This document shows positions 55,267-64,000 of a stretch of 64,000 bases of DNA, piece after piece. The notes under the pieces are model-generated. The model was not told the origin of the DNA and did no database searches. It saw only the letters and a program-made list of their open reading frames with translations. The position numbers were made by a program, and so were the translations under genes. This DNA comes from Patescibacteria group bacterium (GTDB taxonomy: Bacteria; Patescibacteriota; Patescibacteriia; Buchananbacterales; UBA6539): NCBI GenBank assembly GCA_034003985.1, contig JAVEXP010000001.1:236190-300189 (forward strand). The letters run 5' to 3'. Within the stretch, counting starts at the first letter, position 1. Every line of letters begins with the position of its first letter.

Positions 55267-55371
55267 ATGAAGAAAAAAGAAAAAATTCAAAAGATTATTT
55301 GGATTATCCTGGTGATTCTGATTACCGCTTCAATGATTTTGTGGACTTTGGGATCTTACTTATTTTTTTAA
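55267..55371 (+). CDS. 34-aa single-pass membrane microprotein (DUF4044/Prli42-like)
   Basis: Not in the ORF track. MKKKEKIQKIIWIILVILITASMILWTLGSYLFF*; TGCTAAAAT 6 nt upstream. Confidence 0.7.
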   Translation: MKKKEKIQKIIWIILVILITASMILWTLGSYLFF

Positions 55372-57135
55372 TACTGCCAAAAAAGCTTCGGTCGGAATAT
55401 CCACTCTGCCCATCTGCATCATTTTTTTCTTGCCCTTTTTTTGTTTTTCTAGTAGCTTTCTTTTGCGCGAGTAATCACCACCGTACAATTTGGCGGTGAC
55501 ATCTTTGCGATAAGCCGAAAGTCTTTCAGCGGCGATTACCTTGCCACTAACTGCCGCCTGGATTTTGACAACAAAATTTTGACGGGGTAAAGCTTCTTTT
55601 AACGAATTGACAATCTTTTTACCGACGGCGTAAGCTTCGTCTTTATAGACTAACGAAGCCAGAGCCTCGACTTTTTCTTCCGCCACCAGAATATCTAGTT
55701 TGGTAATTTCAGTAGAACGATATTCCAAGAAATCATAGCTTAACGAGGCATAGCCCGAAGAAACACTTTTTAATTTATCATAGAAATCAACCAATAACGC
55801 CGTTAGTGGCAAGTGATAATGTAAAACGGCAATATTTTCATCCAGGTACTCGGTATTAAGATAAATTCCTCTTTTTTGGGAAACTAATTGCATAATTTGA
55901 CCCAAATAATTTTTGGGCGAAAAAACATCCAAAGTCATAACTGGCTCAAAAATTTCTTCAATTTCTTCTTGTCGAGGCAATTCTTGGGGGCTATGAATTA
56001 CCAGCTCCTTTTTATTTTTTAATTTTATTTGATAGGCTACACTGGGAACAGTGACAATCAAGTCAAGGTCGTATTCTCGCTTAAGGCGTTCCTGAACAAC
56101 TTCTAGGTGCAATAAACCTAAAAATCCGCAACGGAATCCGAATCCTAAAGCGCTTGAATTTTCCGGTTCATAGCTCAAAGCCGCGTCATTAAGTTTTAAT
56201 TTTTCAATCGCTTCGCGAAGCTGAGGATATTCATTTCCCTCCTTACAAAATAATCCGGCAAAAACCATTGGTTTCACTTCTTTGTAACCCGGCAACATCG
56301 TAACCGGCTGATTGTCCAAGCCAATAGTGTCACCAACCCGACAACTGGAAATATGTTTTAAGCCCGTCACCAGGTAGCCAATTTCCCCCGATTTAAGACT
56401 GGTAGTTTTTTGGTATTTGGGATTAAAATATCCTACTTCCAAAACTTCATTTTTCTTGCCGGTCGAAAGAAACTCCACTTCATCCCCAGGTTTTACTTCG
56501 CCGTCAACTACTCTAATCTGAGCTATTACGCCGCGGTATTCGTCAAAGTTTGAATCAAAAATCAATGCCCTGAGACTTTGATTGCTGTCTAATCGTGGTG
56601 AATTGACTCGTTCAATAACGGCGGATAATACCGCTTCAACACCTTGGCCAGTTTTAGCCGAAACGGCCAAAATCTCTTTAGCCTCGCAACCAAGCAAGTG
56701 GCAAATTTCAGCTTTAACAATGTCGACTTGTGCATTAGGCAGATCAATTTTATTAATCACCGGAATGATTGTCAGGTTTTGTTCCAAGGCCAGATATAAA
56801 TTGGCGACGGTCTGAGCTTGGACACCTTGAGTGGCATCTACCAGCAAAATTGCCCCTTCCACCGCAGCCAGGCTGCGCGAAACTTCATAACTAAAATCAA
56901 CATGACCCGGAGTGTCAATAAGATTTAATTGATAATTTTGCCAACTCATTCTGACCGGCTGAAGTTTGATGGTAATCCCCCGTTCGCGTTCAATATCCAT
57001 TTGATCAAGAAGTTGTTCTTTCATCTCTCGTTTTGAAATCGTCCCAGTCAATTCTAAAAAACGGTCCGCTAAAGTGGACTTGCCGTGATCAATGTGAGCA
57101 ATAATGCAAAAATTTCTAATTTTTGTATCAATCAT
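55360..57135 (-). CDS. lepA: Elongation factor 4
   Basis: IAHIDHGKSTLADR, ERERGITIK, GFRCGFLGLLH and RKDVTAKLYGGD motifs. Confidence 0.98.
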   Translation of the reverse strand: MIDTKIRNFCIIAHIDHGKSTLADRFLELTGTISKREMKEQLLDQMDIERERGITIKLQPVRMSWQNYQLNLIDTPGHVDFSYEVSRSLAAVEGAILLVDATQGVQAQTVANLYLALEQNLTIIPVINKIDLPNAQVDIVKAEICHLLGCEAKEILAVSAKTGQGVEAVLSAVIERVNSPRLDSNQSLRALIFDSNFDEYRGVIAQIRVVDGEVKPGDEVEFLSTGKKNEVLEVGYFNPKYQKTTSLKSGEIGYLVTGLKHISSCRVGDTIGLDNQPVTMLPGYKEVKPMVFAGLFCKEGNEYPQLREAIEKLKLNDAALSYEPENSSALGFGFRCGFLGLLHLEVVQERLKREYDLDLIVTVPSVAYQIKLKNKKELVIHSPQELPRQEEIEEIFEPVMTLDVFSPKNYLGQIMQLVSQKRGIYLNTEYLDENIAVLHYHLPLTALLVDFYDKLKSVSSGYASLSYDFLEYRSTEITKLDILVAEEKVEALASLVYKDEAYAVGKKIVNSLKEALPRQNFVVKIQAAVSGKVIAAERLSAYRKDVTAKLYGGDYSRKRKLLEKQKKGKKKMMQMGRVDIPTEAFLAVLKK

Positions 57136-58739
57136 GTTAATTTTTCATTTTCAATGATTTCTTCGGGAACATTTGGACGCTTAAGAAACTTTTTCCTCAA
57201 CGATTCAAGGTAAGTATTAAGTTCTTCGGTTCTAAGCAAATAGGCAGTAGTCAAAAAAGCCAAACCGCCGCCAAGTGAAGCCAACAACAACTGGGCACCA
57301 ATTCCGATAAAAGTTTCGGTGCCAAACAGTTGACCAATGGGATATTTAATGGCTTGGGCGGTGATTGCCATCATAAAAGTCGCAATTACTATTTTAATGA
57401 CCGCCAAACTGATTTTATCGCCATCCAATTGGCCCAAACGATAGTGCAATATTAACAGAAGCAGGATAAAATTCAATACCGTTGACATAGAGAAAGCCAA
57501 GGCCAAACCGGCAACGCCGAACTTTTCACTTAGCATCAAAGCTAAAATAATGTTGGAAAAAACGCTAATTAGACCCGTATAAAAGGGGGTTTTACTGTCT
57601 TCAAGGGCAAAAAATGCCCTTGATAATACTAAAATCAAGGCTTGGGCGAATAGGCTGACCGCAAAAAGAGCCAGGGTTTCCAAAGTCAACACCGTATCCT
57701 CCCAGTCAAAGCGACCACTGCCAAGCACCACCCGAACGACTTGAGCGCGCAGGACAATCAACAAGACGGAAGACGGGATTATTAAAAATAAAATTTGGCG
57801 GATTGTTAGAGACAAGGTATTAATAAATTGTCTTTTTTTATTCGCCAATTCAGCCAATGTTGGGAAAGCGGCAATGGCAAAAGATATCGCAAATAAACCC
57901 AGGGGAAAACTTTGAATATTGTTGGCAAAGTTAAAAATAGTAATACTACCAACGGTTAAAGTCGAACCGATAATGGTAATGGCTAAAAAATTTATCTGGG
58001 AAACAATTAAAGTTAAAGTCCGGGGGACCATCATCTTTAATATTCTTCTGAGATTTTTATCGTTCAAGTTAAATTGCCATTGATAATGATAGCCCAAACT
58101 AACAACCGCCACCAACTGGATTAGCAGATGCATAAAAGCACCCAAGATCACCCCCCAAGCCAAACCGAAAATCCCCAAATGTTCAGTAAAAAAAAGAGCA
58201 CCAATTATTATCCCAAGATTATAAAGGATTGGCGCCAAAGAGTAAACAAAGAATCTTTTAAGTGATTGCAAAATACTGCCGAATATTCCCGAAATTCCCA
58301 GCAAAATCGGCGAAAGAAACATAATTCTAGTCATACCGGCGGTAGTCGCTAGTTGGGAGGGTGAAAATCCCGGGGCAATTATTTTTACCAACCAGGGGGC
58401 TAATATAAAAACCAGAATTGAAATTAGAATTAGACAAAAAGATAAAATATGAAGAATATTATTAACCAATTCCCAAGCTTTCTCTTTTTTATTGAGATAT
58501 GAAGCAAATACCGGGATAAAACCGGCCGACAAAGCGCCTAAGACTAAAATATTAAAAATAAAATCGGGGATCCGAAAAGCCGCGAAATAAATATCCAATT
58601 CATTGCCGGCACCGAATTCCCCGGCCAAAATGCGGTCACGCAATATTCCCAAGACCCTGGAGACCAAAGAAGCGCTCCCCAAAATAATAGCGGCAGCGGT
58701 AATACTTTTTGATTGTCCGGTCAATATTTTTTTAAGCAT
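57132..58739 (-). CDS. murJ: Lipid II flippase MurJ
   Basis: SRVLGILRD, AAFRIPD, GALSAGFIPVF and RAFFALEDSKTP motifs. Confidence 0.95.
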   Translation of the reverse strand: MLKKILTGQSKSITAAAIILGSASLVSRVLGILRDRILAGEFGAGNELDIYFAAFRIPDFIFNILVLGALSAGFIPVFASYLNKKEKAWELVNNILHILSFCLILISILVFILAPWLVKIIAPGFSPSQLATTAGMTRIMFLSPILLGISGIFGSILQSLKRFFVYSLAPILYNLGIIIGALFFTEHLGIFGLAWGVILGAFMHLLIQLVAVVSLGYHYQWQFNLNDKNLRRILKMMVPRTLTLIVSQINFLAITIIGSTLTVGSITIFNFANNIQSFPLGLFAISFAIAAFPTLAELANKKRQFINTLSLTIRQILFLIIPSSVLLIVLRAQVVRVVLGSGRFDWEDTVLTLETLALFAVSLFAQALILVLSRAFFALEDSKTPFYTGLISVFSNIILALMLSEKFGVAGLALAFSMSTVLNFILLLLILHYRLGQLDGDKISLAVIKIVIATFMMAITAQAIKYPIGQLFGTETFIGIGAQLLLASLGGGLAFLTTAYLLRTEELNTYLESLRKKFLKRPNVPEEIIENEKLT

Positions 58740-59916
58740 CAGCTTGGTTTAACGGTTGAATTTTTTGGGCAATCATCAATTCCTCATTGGTCGGAATAGT
58801 TAAAACTTTAAATTTTTTCCAAGATTTTCTTAAATCCTTAGTAATCAATTTTCTAATATCGGCGTTGCGTTCGCCGATGCCGCCGGTAAATATCAAATAG
58901 TCCAATCCGCCCATAACCGTAGCATAGCTACCAATATATTTTACTACCCGATAAATAAACATTCTGATCGCCAATTGAGCCCGTTGCTTTTCTTTTAATT
59001 TGAACTTTTTCGGCGTTTTGTATCCTGGGATTTTGTAACCGGCCGCAATCATAATGTCGCGCAGATCCTTAGTGTAACCAAATATTCCTTTCAAACCTGA
59101 TTCATTGTTAAGAATGCGTTCAACCTCATTAATGTCTATTTTGAATTTACGAACCAGATAAAAAATGATTGAGGGGTCAATGTCACCACTGCGAGTACTC
59201 ATCATTAATCCTTGCAACGGAGTCAAGCCCATGGAATTTTCGATAGCTTGACCCTGATTAATGGCGGTAATCGAAGATCCTGAACCCAGATGGCAGCTAA
59301 TAATTTTTAACCGACGGGGGGATTTTTTAATTTTCATTAAAGCCTGCTTGAAAACATACTCATGAGATAGGCCATGGAATCCATACTGACGGATCTGGTA
59401 TTTATCCAAGAGCTCAAAAGGGATTGGATAAGTGTAAGCATAGTCAGGAATATTCTGATAAAAACCAGTATCAAATGCCGCGGCATTTTTGATACCGGGG
59501 AAGAAATCAAAACAAGCCTGGATACAAGCAATGTTAATGGGATTGTGCAGTGGCGCTAAATAGTTTATTTTTTTTAAATCAGCAAAGATTTTTTTACTAA
59601 TCAAAGTTGGCTGGTAATAGCGTGGTCCGCCGTGGACGACCCGATGGCCGATAATCCTGATTCGTTTTTTCCAATGCTTTAGGTATGGTGTAAGCAGCTT
59701 AAACGCCTGATAATGGTCATCAATTCCCTCGGGAAAATTTTTCATAATCATTCTTTTGGTTTTGTAACTTTCCTCGAGGTTAATAAAAGAACCCTTGAGA
59801 CCGATTTTTTCAACCAAACCTTGACAGACAACATTAAAATGCTGATCAAAAATTTTGAATTTTAAACTAGAAGACCCTGAGTTTATCACTAAAACGCAGG
59901 TTTTCAATTTGGCCAT
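58732..59916 (-). CDS. ackA: Acetate kinase
   Basis: INSGSSSLK, GHRVVHGG, APLHN, YGFHGLSH, FTGGIGE and PTNEELMIA motifs. Confidence 0.95.
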   Translation of the reverse strand: MAKLKTCVLVINSGSSSLKFKIFDQHFNVVCQGLVEKIGLKGSFINLEESYKTKRMIMKNFPEGIDDHYQAFKLLTPYLKHWKKRIRIIGHRVVHGGPRYYQPTLISKKIFADLKKINYLAPLHNPINIACIQACFDFFPGIKNAAAFDTGFYQNIPDYAYTYPIPFELLDKYQIRQYGFHGLSHEYVFKQALMKIKKSPRRLKIISCHLGSGSSITAINQGQAIENSMGLTPLQGLMMSTRSGDIDPSIIFYLVRKFKIDINEVERILNNESGLKGIFGYTKDLRDIMIAAGYKIPGYKTPKKFKLKEKQRAQLAIRMFIYRVVKYIGSYATVMGGLDYLIFTGGIGERNADIRKLITKDLRKSWKKFKVLTIPTNEELMIAQKIQPLNQADA

Positions 59917-59929
59917 ATATTATATTGTG

Positions 59930-60013
59930 CTAGCTAAGTTTGGCTTTGACAATCAAGGCTGCCACCACCCCGACAAAAATCAAAAACAAACCTAACCATT
60001 GAACTTCACCCAT
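59930..60013 (-). CDS. 27-aa single-pass membrane microprotein
   Basis: Not in the ORF track. MGEVQWLGLFLIFVGVVAALIVKAKLS*; fills the pduL-ackA gap. Confidence 0.6.
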   Translation of the reverse strand: MGEVQWLGLFLIFVGVVAALIVKAKLS

Positions 60014-60022
60014 ATTTTAAAA

Positions 60023-60592
60023 TTAATTAATTATTATTTCCCCTTTGGTTTGGCCGTGGACAAAAGCGGCATTACCTTCGTCCGTATCAAGCTGAATGCG
60101 GGGTCGAAAATCTTTACGGATTCTGGTGACCACTTCGTTAAATATCAAGCTTCTTGGCCCGGTGATTTTAACTTTAATTTTTTGGCCGTCTCTTAACTTT
60201 AATTTTTTGGCCGTGGCCAAATCGCAATGAAAATGTCTTCTGGCAATTATCAAACCGTGGAATAACTTAACCTTACCTTTAGGCCCGGATAAAATCACCG
60301 GGGCAGCATCTGATAAATCGCCAGAGATTTTCAAAGGCGCTTTAATCCCCAGGTAATAGCTATCGGTAAATGAAATTTCCACTTGACTGACATCCCTGAT
60401 TGGACCAAGAATTCTTACATCAGTAATTTCATTTTTGGGGCCGATGATTGTCACAGTGGAATTGCTGGAATACTGTTTTTTTTGGGAAAGATTTTTAACC
60501 GGCTCAAGCTGATACCCCCTACCAAACAGCTTTTCCAAATGTTTTCCAGATAGATGACAATGACGAGCGGAAACTTCGACAATTACTTTCAT
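60023..60592 (-). CDS. pduL: PduL-type phosphate acyltransferase
   Basis: VSARHCHL, VRILGP.R, QVEIS, IIARRHFH and LDTDEGNA motifs. Confidence 0.92.
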   Translation of the reverse strand: MKVIVEVSARHCHLSGKHLEKLFGRGYQLEPVKNLSQKKQYSSNSTVTIIGPKNEITDVRILGPIRDVSQVEISFTDSYYLGIKAPLKISGDLSDAAPVILSGPKGKVKLFHGLIIARRHFHCDLATAKKLKLRDGQKIKVKITGPRSLIFNEVVTRIRKDFRPRIQLDTDEGNAAFVHGQTKGEIIIN

Positions 60593-61602
60593 ATTTTTAT
60601 TTTTTTAAACATTTGACTTTTAGTAAGCAATCCATTTTGGGCGCCAATTTGCTTGATAACCGAGGAGCTGTTGGTTATCCCCCACCTTAAAGCTTTTTTT
60701 ATGTCTTTTTTTTCATAATGGAGACCGGCGATAAAAGCTGAACCAAAAGAATCACCTACCCCGGTAGTATCCAGCGGTTTAACGGCCTTTGGTTTTTGAC
60801 GATAAACTCGTTTTCCGTCATAAGCCCAACAATCTTTTTTGCCTTCAGTAATAATAACAATTTTTGGACCCCACTCGCTAAGGATATTAAGAAGATAAAT
60901 TGGTCGATTAAGATAATTGGGATTTTTACGCCCAAGCTTTACACCCGACAAAACCAATTCAATAGCTTCATCTTTATTTAAAATTAAAACTTCCGTTTGC
61001 ATCAAAAACGGCGCCAAGGTATGACGGCCGGCCCTTAACTGGACCCCTCCGAGATTCCAGGAAATTTTAACATTTTTTTCCTTAGCGGTTTGAAAAATTT
61101 GTTTTAAATTTGATAACCATTTTTGACCAGTCAGCGAGGTCAAATAATACCAACCGGCGCTAATTTTTGACAATTCTTTTTGATTAATCAATAAATATTC
61201 ATCAGCAGCCCGATGAGTAAAAATAACATGTTCCTTTTCTTTTTTCGCCGTCGCCAGAATAACAGAAAAACCAGTCATTCTTTTTTGGTCGATTTGGATA
61301 TTATCAATATTAACTCCCTCAGTCTTAAATTTAACAACAACCTCCTCGCCGATTTCGTCCTTACCGATTCTGGTAATAATACCGGTCTTAAGCCCTAATC
61401 GAGCGAAAGAAACACCAGCATTGGCCGCCCCGCCACCCAAATTGGAATAGGCATCCTGAACATTTATTTTTGCGCCGTATTCAAAAGCTAACATTTTTTG
61501 CGCCGTTAAATTTTGTGGGGTATTAAAAATTTTTCCCTCACTGGTATAAAGGGTATAATCTTTAACCGCCGCACCAATGGTAACAATGTCTAATTTACTC
61601 AT
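60589..61602 (-). CDS. PfkB-family carbohydrate kinase
   Basis: GGGAANAGVSFARLG and DTTGVGDSF motifs. Confidence 0.9.
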   Translation of the reverse strand: MSKLDIVTIGAAVKDYTLYTSEGKIFNTPQNLTAQKMLAFEYGAKINVQDAYSNLGGGAANAGVSFARLGLKTGIITRIGKDEIGEEVVVKFKTEGVNIDNIQIDQKRMTGFSVILATAKKEKEHVIFTHRAADEYLLINQKELSKISAGWYYLTSLTGQKWLSNLKQIFQTAKEKNVKISWNLGGVQLRAGRHTLAPFLMQTEVLILNKDEAIELVLSGVKLGRKNPNYLNRPIYLLNILSEWGPKIVIITEGKKDCWAYDGKRVYRQKPKAVKPLDTTGVGDSFGSAFIAGLHYEKKDIKKALRWGITNSSSVIKQIGAQNGLLTKSQMFKKIKI

Positions 61603-61605
61603 AGC

Positions 61606-62520
61606 TTAAATCCAATCGCTTTTTTTCAAATATATCAATATGCCGCCAATTACACCCAAGAGCAATAAAAACAAAGTCCAAATGATGGTCGGGTCATGGG
61701 CAAACGGCAAATCAATGTTCATTCCATATATACCAGATAATAATGTTAAAGGCAATAAAGCTACCGAAAAAATAGTCAAAATCTTCATGACACTGTTGGT
61801 CCTGAACGATATTAACGATTCGTTAATTTCCTGAAGACTTAAAACTCGATCTTTGTAGCCGTCCAAAATAAAAAGATTTTTTTCAATAAAATCGTCAAGA
61901 TCGTCAAAATACAACAACATCTCTTTGTTTAAAAATTTGATGTTAATTCGACTTAAATTGTTAGTTAATATTCGCTGAGGATCAATAATCGCTTTGAGTT
62001 GAAGTATAATCCGGCGCAGGAAAGCGATATCAAAAACAGATTTTTTATTTCGACCTTCGTCAATATCAAATTCAACCCGACGAACTTCTTGTTCTAAATA
62101 GTTATGAACAACCCAGCTGCCCCGTAGCACCGAATCCAAAATCTTATACAAGAGATAACCGCTGCCTTGAGAAAAATATTCTTCTCTCATTTTTTGGTTG
62201 TTAACAATTTTATAATATAAGGTGTTAAGGTCTTTTATTCGATCACGGGAAATTGTAATGACATAATCCTTGCTGACAAAAAAATAGATTTGGCTAACAT
62301 CAACTTTCTTTTGATTCTTATTCAAGTACGGCAGCTGCAAAACCAAAAAAAAGTAATTATGATACACATCAATCTTACTACGCTGAGTTTCCCCGGCACA
62401 ATCTTTAATATCCAAGGGATGAAATTTAAAATTTTTCTTCAAAAAATTAAGCTCTTCCTGGGAAAAATCAGTCAAATAATGCCACGACAATTCATTCAAT
62501 TTTAGGGTTTTGATAGCCAT
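61606..62520 (-). CDS. CorA-family divalent cation transporter
   Basis: FHPLDIKD, NSVMKILT and GIYGMN motifs. Confidence 0.92.
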   Translation of the reverse strand: MAIKTLKLNELSWHYLTDFSQEELNFLKKNFKFHPLDIKDCAGETQRSKIDVYHNYFFLVLQLPYLNKNQKKVDVSQIYFFVSKDYVITISRDRIKDLNTLYYKIVNNQKMREEYFSQGSGYLLYKILDSVLRGSWVVHNYLEQEVRRVEFDIDEGRNKKSVFDIAFLRRIILQLKAIIDPQRILTNNLSRINIKFLNKEMLLYFDDLDDFIEKNLFILDGYKDRVLSLQEINESLISFRTNSVMKILTIFSVALLPLTLLSGIYGMNIDLPFAHDPTIIWTLFLLLLGVIGGILIYLKKSDWI

Positions 62521-62525
62521 AATGT

Positions 62526-62909
62526 TTATTTTTTATTTTTGACAGCCAATTTTGTTATTTTATCAACTATTTCTCCAATACTGGAATCGGCTTTTACTAA
62601 ATAATCAGTTGCTCCGAATTTAATACCTAATCTGATTTCCTCATCTTGTCCAAGATTAGACAGAATAATAACCGGAATGTGGCTAGTGAGTTTGTTGCCC
62701 TTGAGTTTTTTTAGACACTCAAAACCACTCTTGCCCGGCAATAAAATATCCAATACAATCAGATCCGGAACAACCGCTTTGGCTTTCTGAATACCTTCTT
62801 CCGAGCTAAAGGCCAAAACGACATCATATCCAATTTCCTCCAGAGCCAAACGAATAATCTTTGCCAAAGACTGTTCATCTTCAATAATCAAAATTTTAGT
62901 TTTAACCAT
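62526..62909 (-). CDS. Single-domain response regulator
   Basis: ILIIEDE, PDLIVLDILLP and DYLVK motifs. Confidence 0.93.
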   Translation of the reverse strand: MVKTKILIIEDEQSLAKIIRLALEEIGYDVVLAFSSEEGIQKAKAVVPDLIVLDILLPGKSGFECLKKLKGNKLTSHIPVIILSNLGQDEEIRLGIKFGATDYLVKADSSIGEIVDKITKLAVKNKK

Positions 62910-62927
62910 AAATTTCCGAATTATTAA

Positions 62928-64000
62928 TCAGGCAACTGGTAAACTAAAATAGAATGTCGAACCCTTTCCCAAGGTACTGGTGAACCAAATATCACCTTGG
63001 TGAAGATTAATAATCGATTTGGTAATGTATAAGCCCAAACCGGTTCCTTCTGCTTCGGAATGCAATACTTTTTTGCTGCGGAAAAATCTGGTGAACATTT
63101 TCTTTTGGTCGTCTTCGGAAATGCCAATGCCAGTATCCTTAACAGACACCACCAAGTAGCCCTTAGTCTTGTTAGTGTTGGTGATATTAATAACCGGCGA
63201 TTCATCGCTGATTTTCTTTAGTTCTTTTCCGGTCTTTGGCTCAATCAAGACGGTAACCTGACCGTTCTCCGGCGTATATTTAATGGCATTGGAAACAACA
63301 TTGGTGGCAACCTGAGCAATCCGATTATAATCGGCATTAACGCTTGGCAATTTAGTTTTGGAATTTTTCCAATTAAGAGAAATCTTCTTATTCTCGGCCT
63401 GAACCTTAAATCCTTTAATGACATCAGAAATAACATCAGAAATGTTAATAATTTTTGATTCAATTTCAAATTTACCCTCCTGTAATTTTGAAAGATTTAA
63501 AAGATCGCGAACCAAAACCAACAGCCGTTCATTGCCGCGGTAAATTTGGTCAATCAGCTCTTTTTGCTGCTTGGTTAATTTCCCGGATTTTGGATTTTGG
63601 AGCATTTCCAAGCTCCATTTGGTTATTCCCAGCGGCGCCTTAAGCTCATGAACGGTAATGGAAACGAATTCCCGCTCCTTTTTGATTAAATCTTCAGCCT
63701 GAATTTTAGAAATGGTCGCCACTTCATTTTCAACAACGGATTTTTTGTCGGTTGGAAAGTATACGCTAAATGTCGTGCCTTGATTTTCTTTACTGACAAA
63801 GTTAATTTTGCCGCCGCTGCCGTCAATTATCCTTTTAATAATATGAAGATCAAGACCAATCCCTTCGGTTTGGGTCTTCATGGCATTGCGTCCTCTAAAA
63901 AATCTGGTAAACACCAGATCTTGCTGATCACCGGGAATGCCAATGCCGTTATCTTTAATCTTAAGCAAAACAAAGCCATTGACCTGGCCCAGATCAATCT
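62928..64000 (-). CDS. Histidine kinase, partial (5' end outside the window), with tandem HATPase domains
   Basis: HELKAPL H-box, NAIKYT, DTGIG and GTGLGL; an upstream DNGIG..GIGLDL HATPase; frame open to the window end. Confidence 0.9.
   Translation of the reverse strand, partial: IDLGQVNGFVLLKIKDNGIGIPGDQQDLVFTRFFRGRNAMKTQTEGIGLDLHIIKRIIDGSGGKINFVSKENQGTTFSVYFPTDKKSVVENEVATISKIQAEDLIKKEREFVSITVHELKAPLGITKWSLEMLQNPKSGKLTKQQKELIDQIYRGNERLLVLVRDLLNLSKLQEGKFEIESKIINISDVISDVIKGFKVQAENKKISLNWKNSKTKLPSVNADYNRIAQVATNVVSNAIKYTPENGQVTVLIEPKTGKELKKISDESPVINITNTNKTKGYLVVSVKDTGIGISEDDQKKMFTRFFRSKKVLHSEAEGTGLGLYITKSIINLHQGDIWFTSTLGKGSTFYFSLPVA

Noticed and set aside
55251-55499. 82-aa plus-strand ORF
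   Set aside because: It starts inside the -10 box and runs deep antisense into lepA; the 34-aa frame is better supported.
1-64000. CRISPR arrays, IS elements, prophage, introns/inteins, alternative genetic code
   Set aside because: I saw no spaced repeats, transposase or phage genes. dnaB and the tRNAs are uninterrupted, and genes are intact with TGA used as a stop.

Overview
An AT-rich bacterial chromosome segment with almost all genes on the minus strand. It uses standard genetic code 11 (TGA acts as a stop), and its gene content and style point to a Patescibacteria/CPR genome (inference). It contains the infA-rpmJ-rpsM-rpsK-rpsD-rpoA-rplQ-rplM-rpsI operon, alaS, CIRCE-controlled clpB, ugd, a VirD4-like gene pair, secDF, ftsEX, four tRNAs, rnk, dnaB-recR, rplU, a divergent purF, a second Clp ATPase operon, tgt, a surface-glycan cluster, RNase P RNA, recJ, lepA, murJ, ackA/pduL and a two-component system cut by the window end. 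I saw no CRISPR array, integrase or transposase. The strongest candidates for undescribed biology are: (1) a leaderless five-gene operon built around a membrane-anchored, zinc-finger Clp AAA+ ATPase with a degenerate first ATPase ring; (2) a complete uORF/antiterminator/terminator attenuator between tRNA-Lys and rnk; (3) SecD carrying a circularly permuted parvulin domain; (4) several microproteins with expression signals, most missing from the ORF track (42-aa acidic, 41-aa His/Arg-rich, 27-aa and 34-aa membrane peptides); (5) a ClpB with an LGF ClpP-docking-like loop; (6) RpoA without its C-terminal domain; (7) a palindromic repeat inserted in frame in a zinc-free TGT. All calls were made by eye, with no database searches or folding programs.
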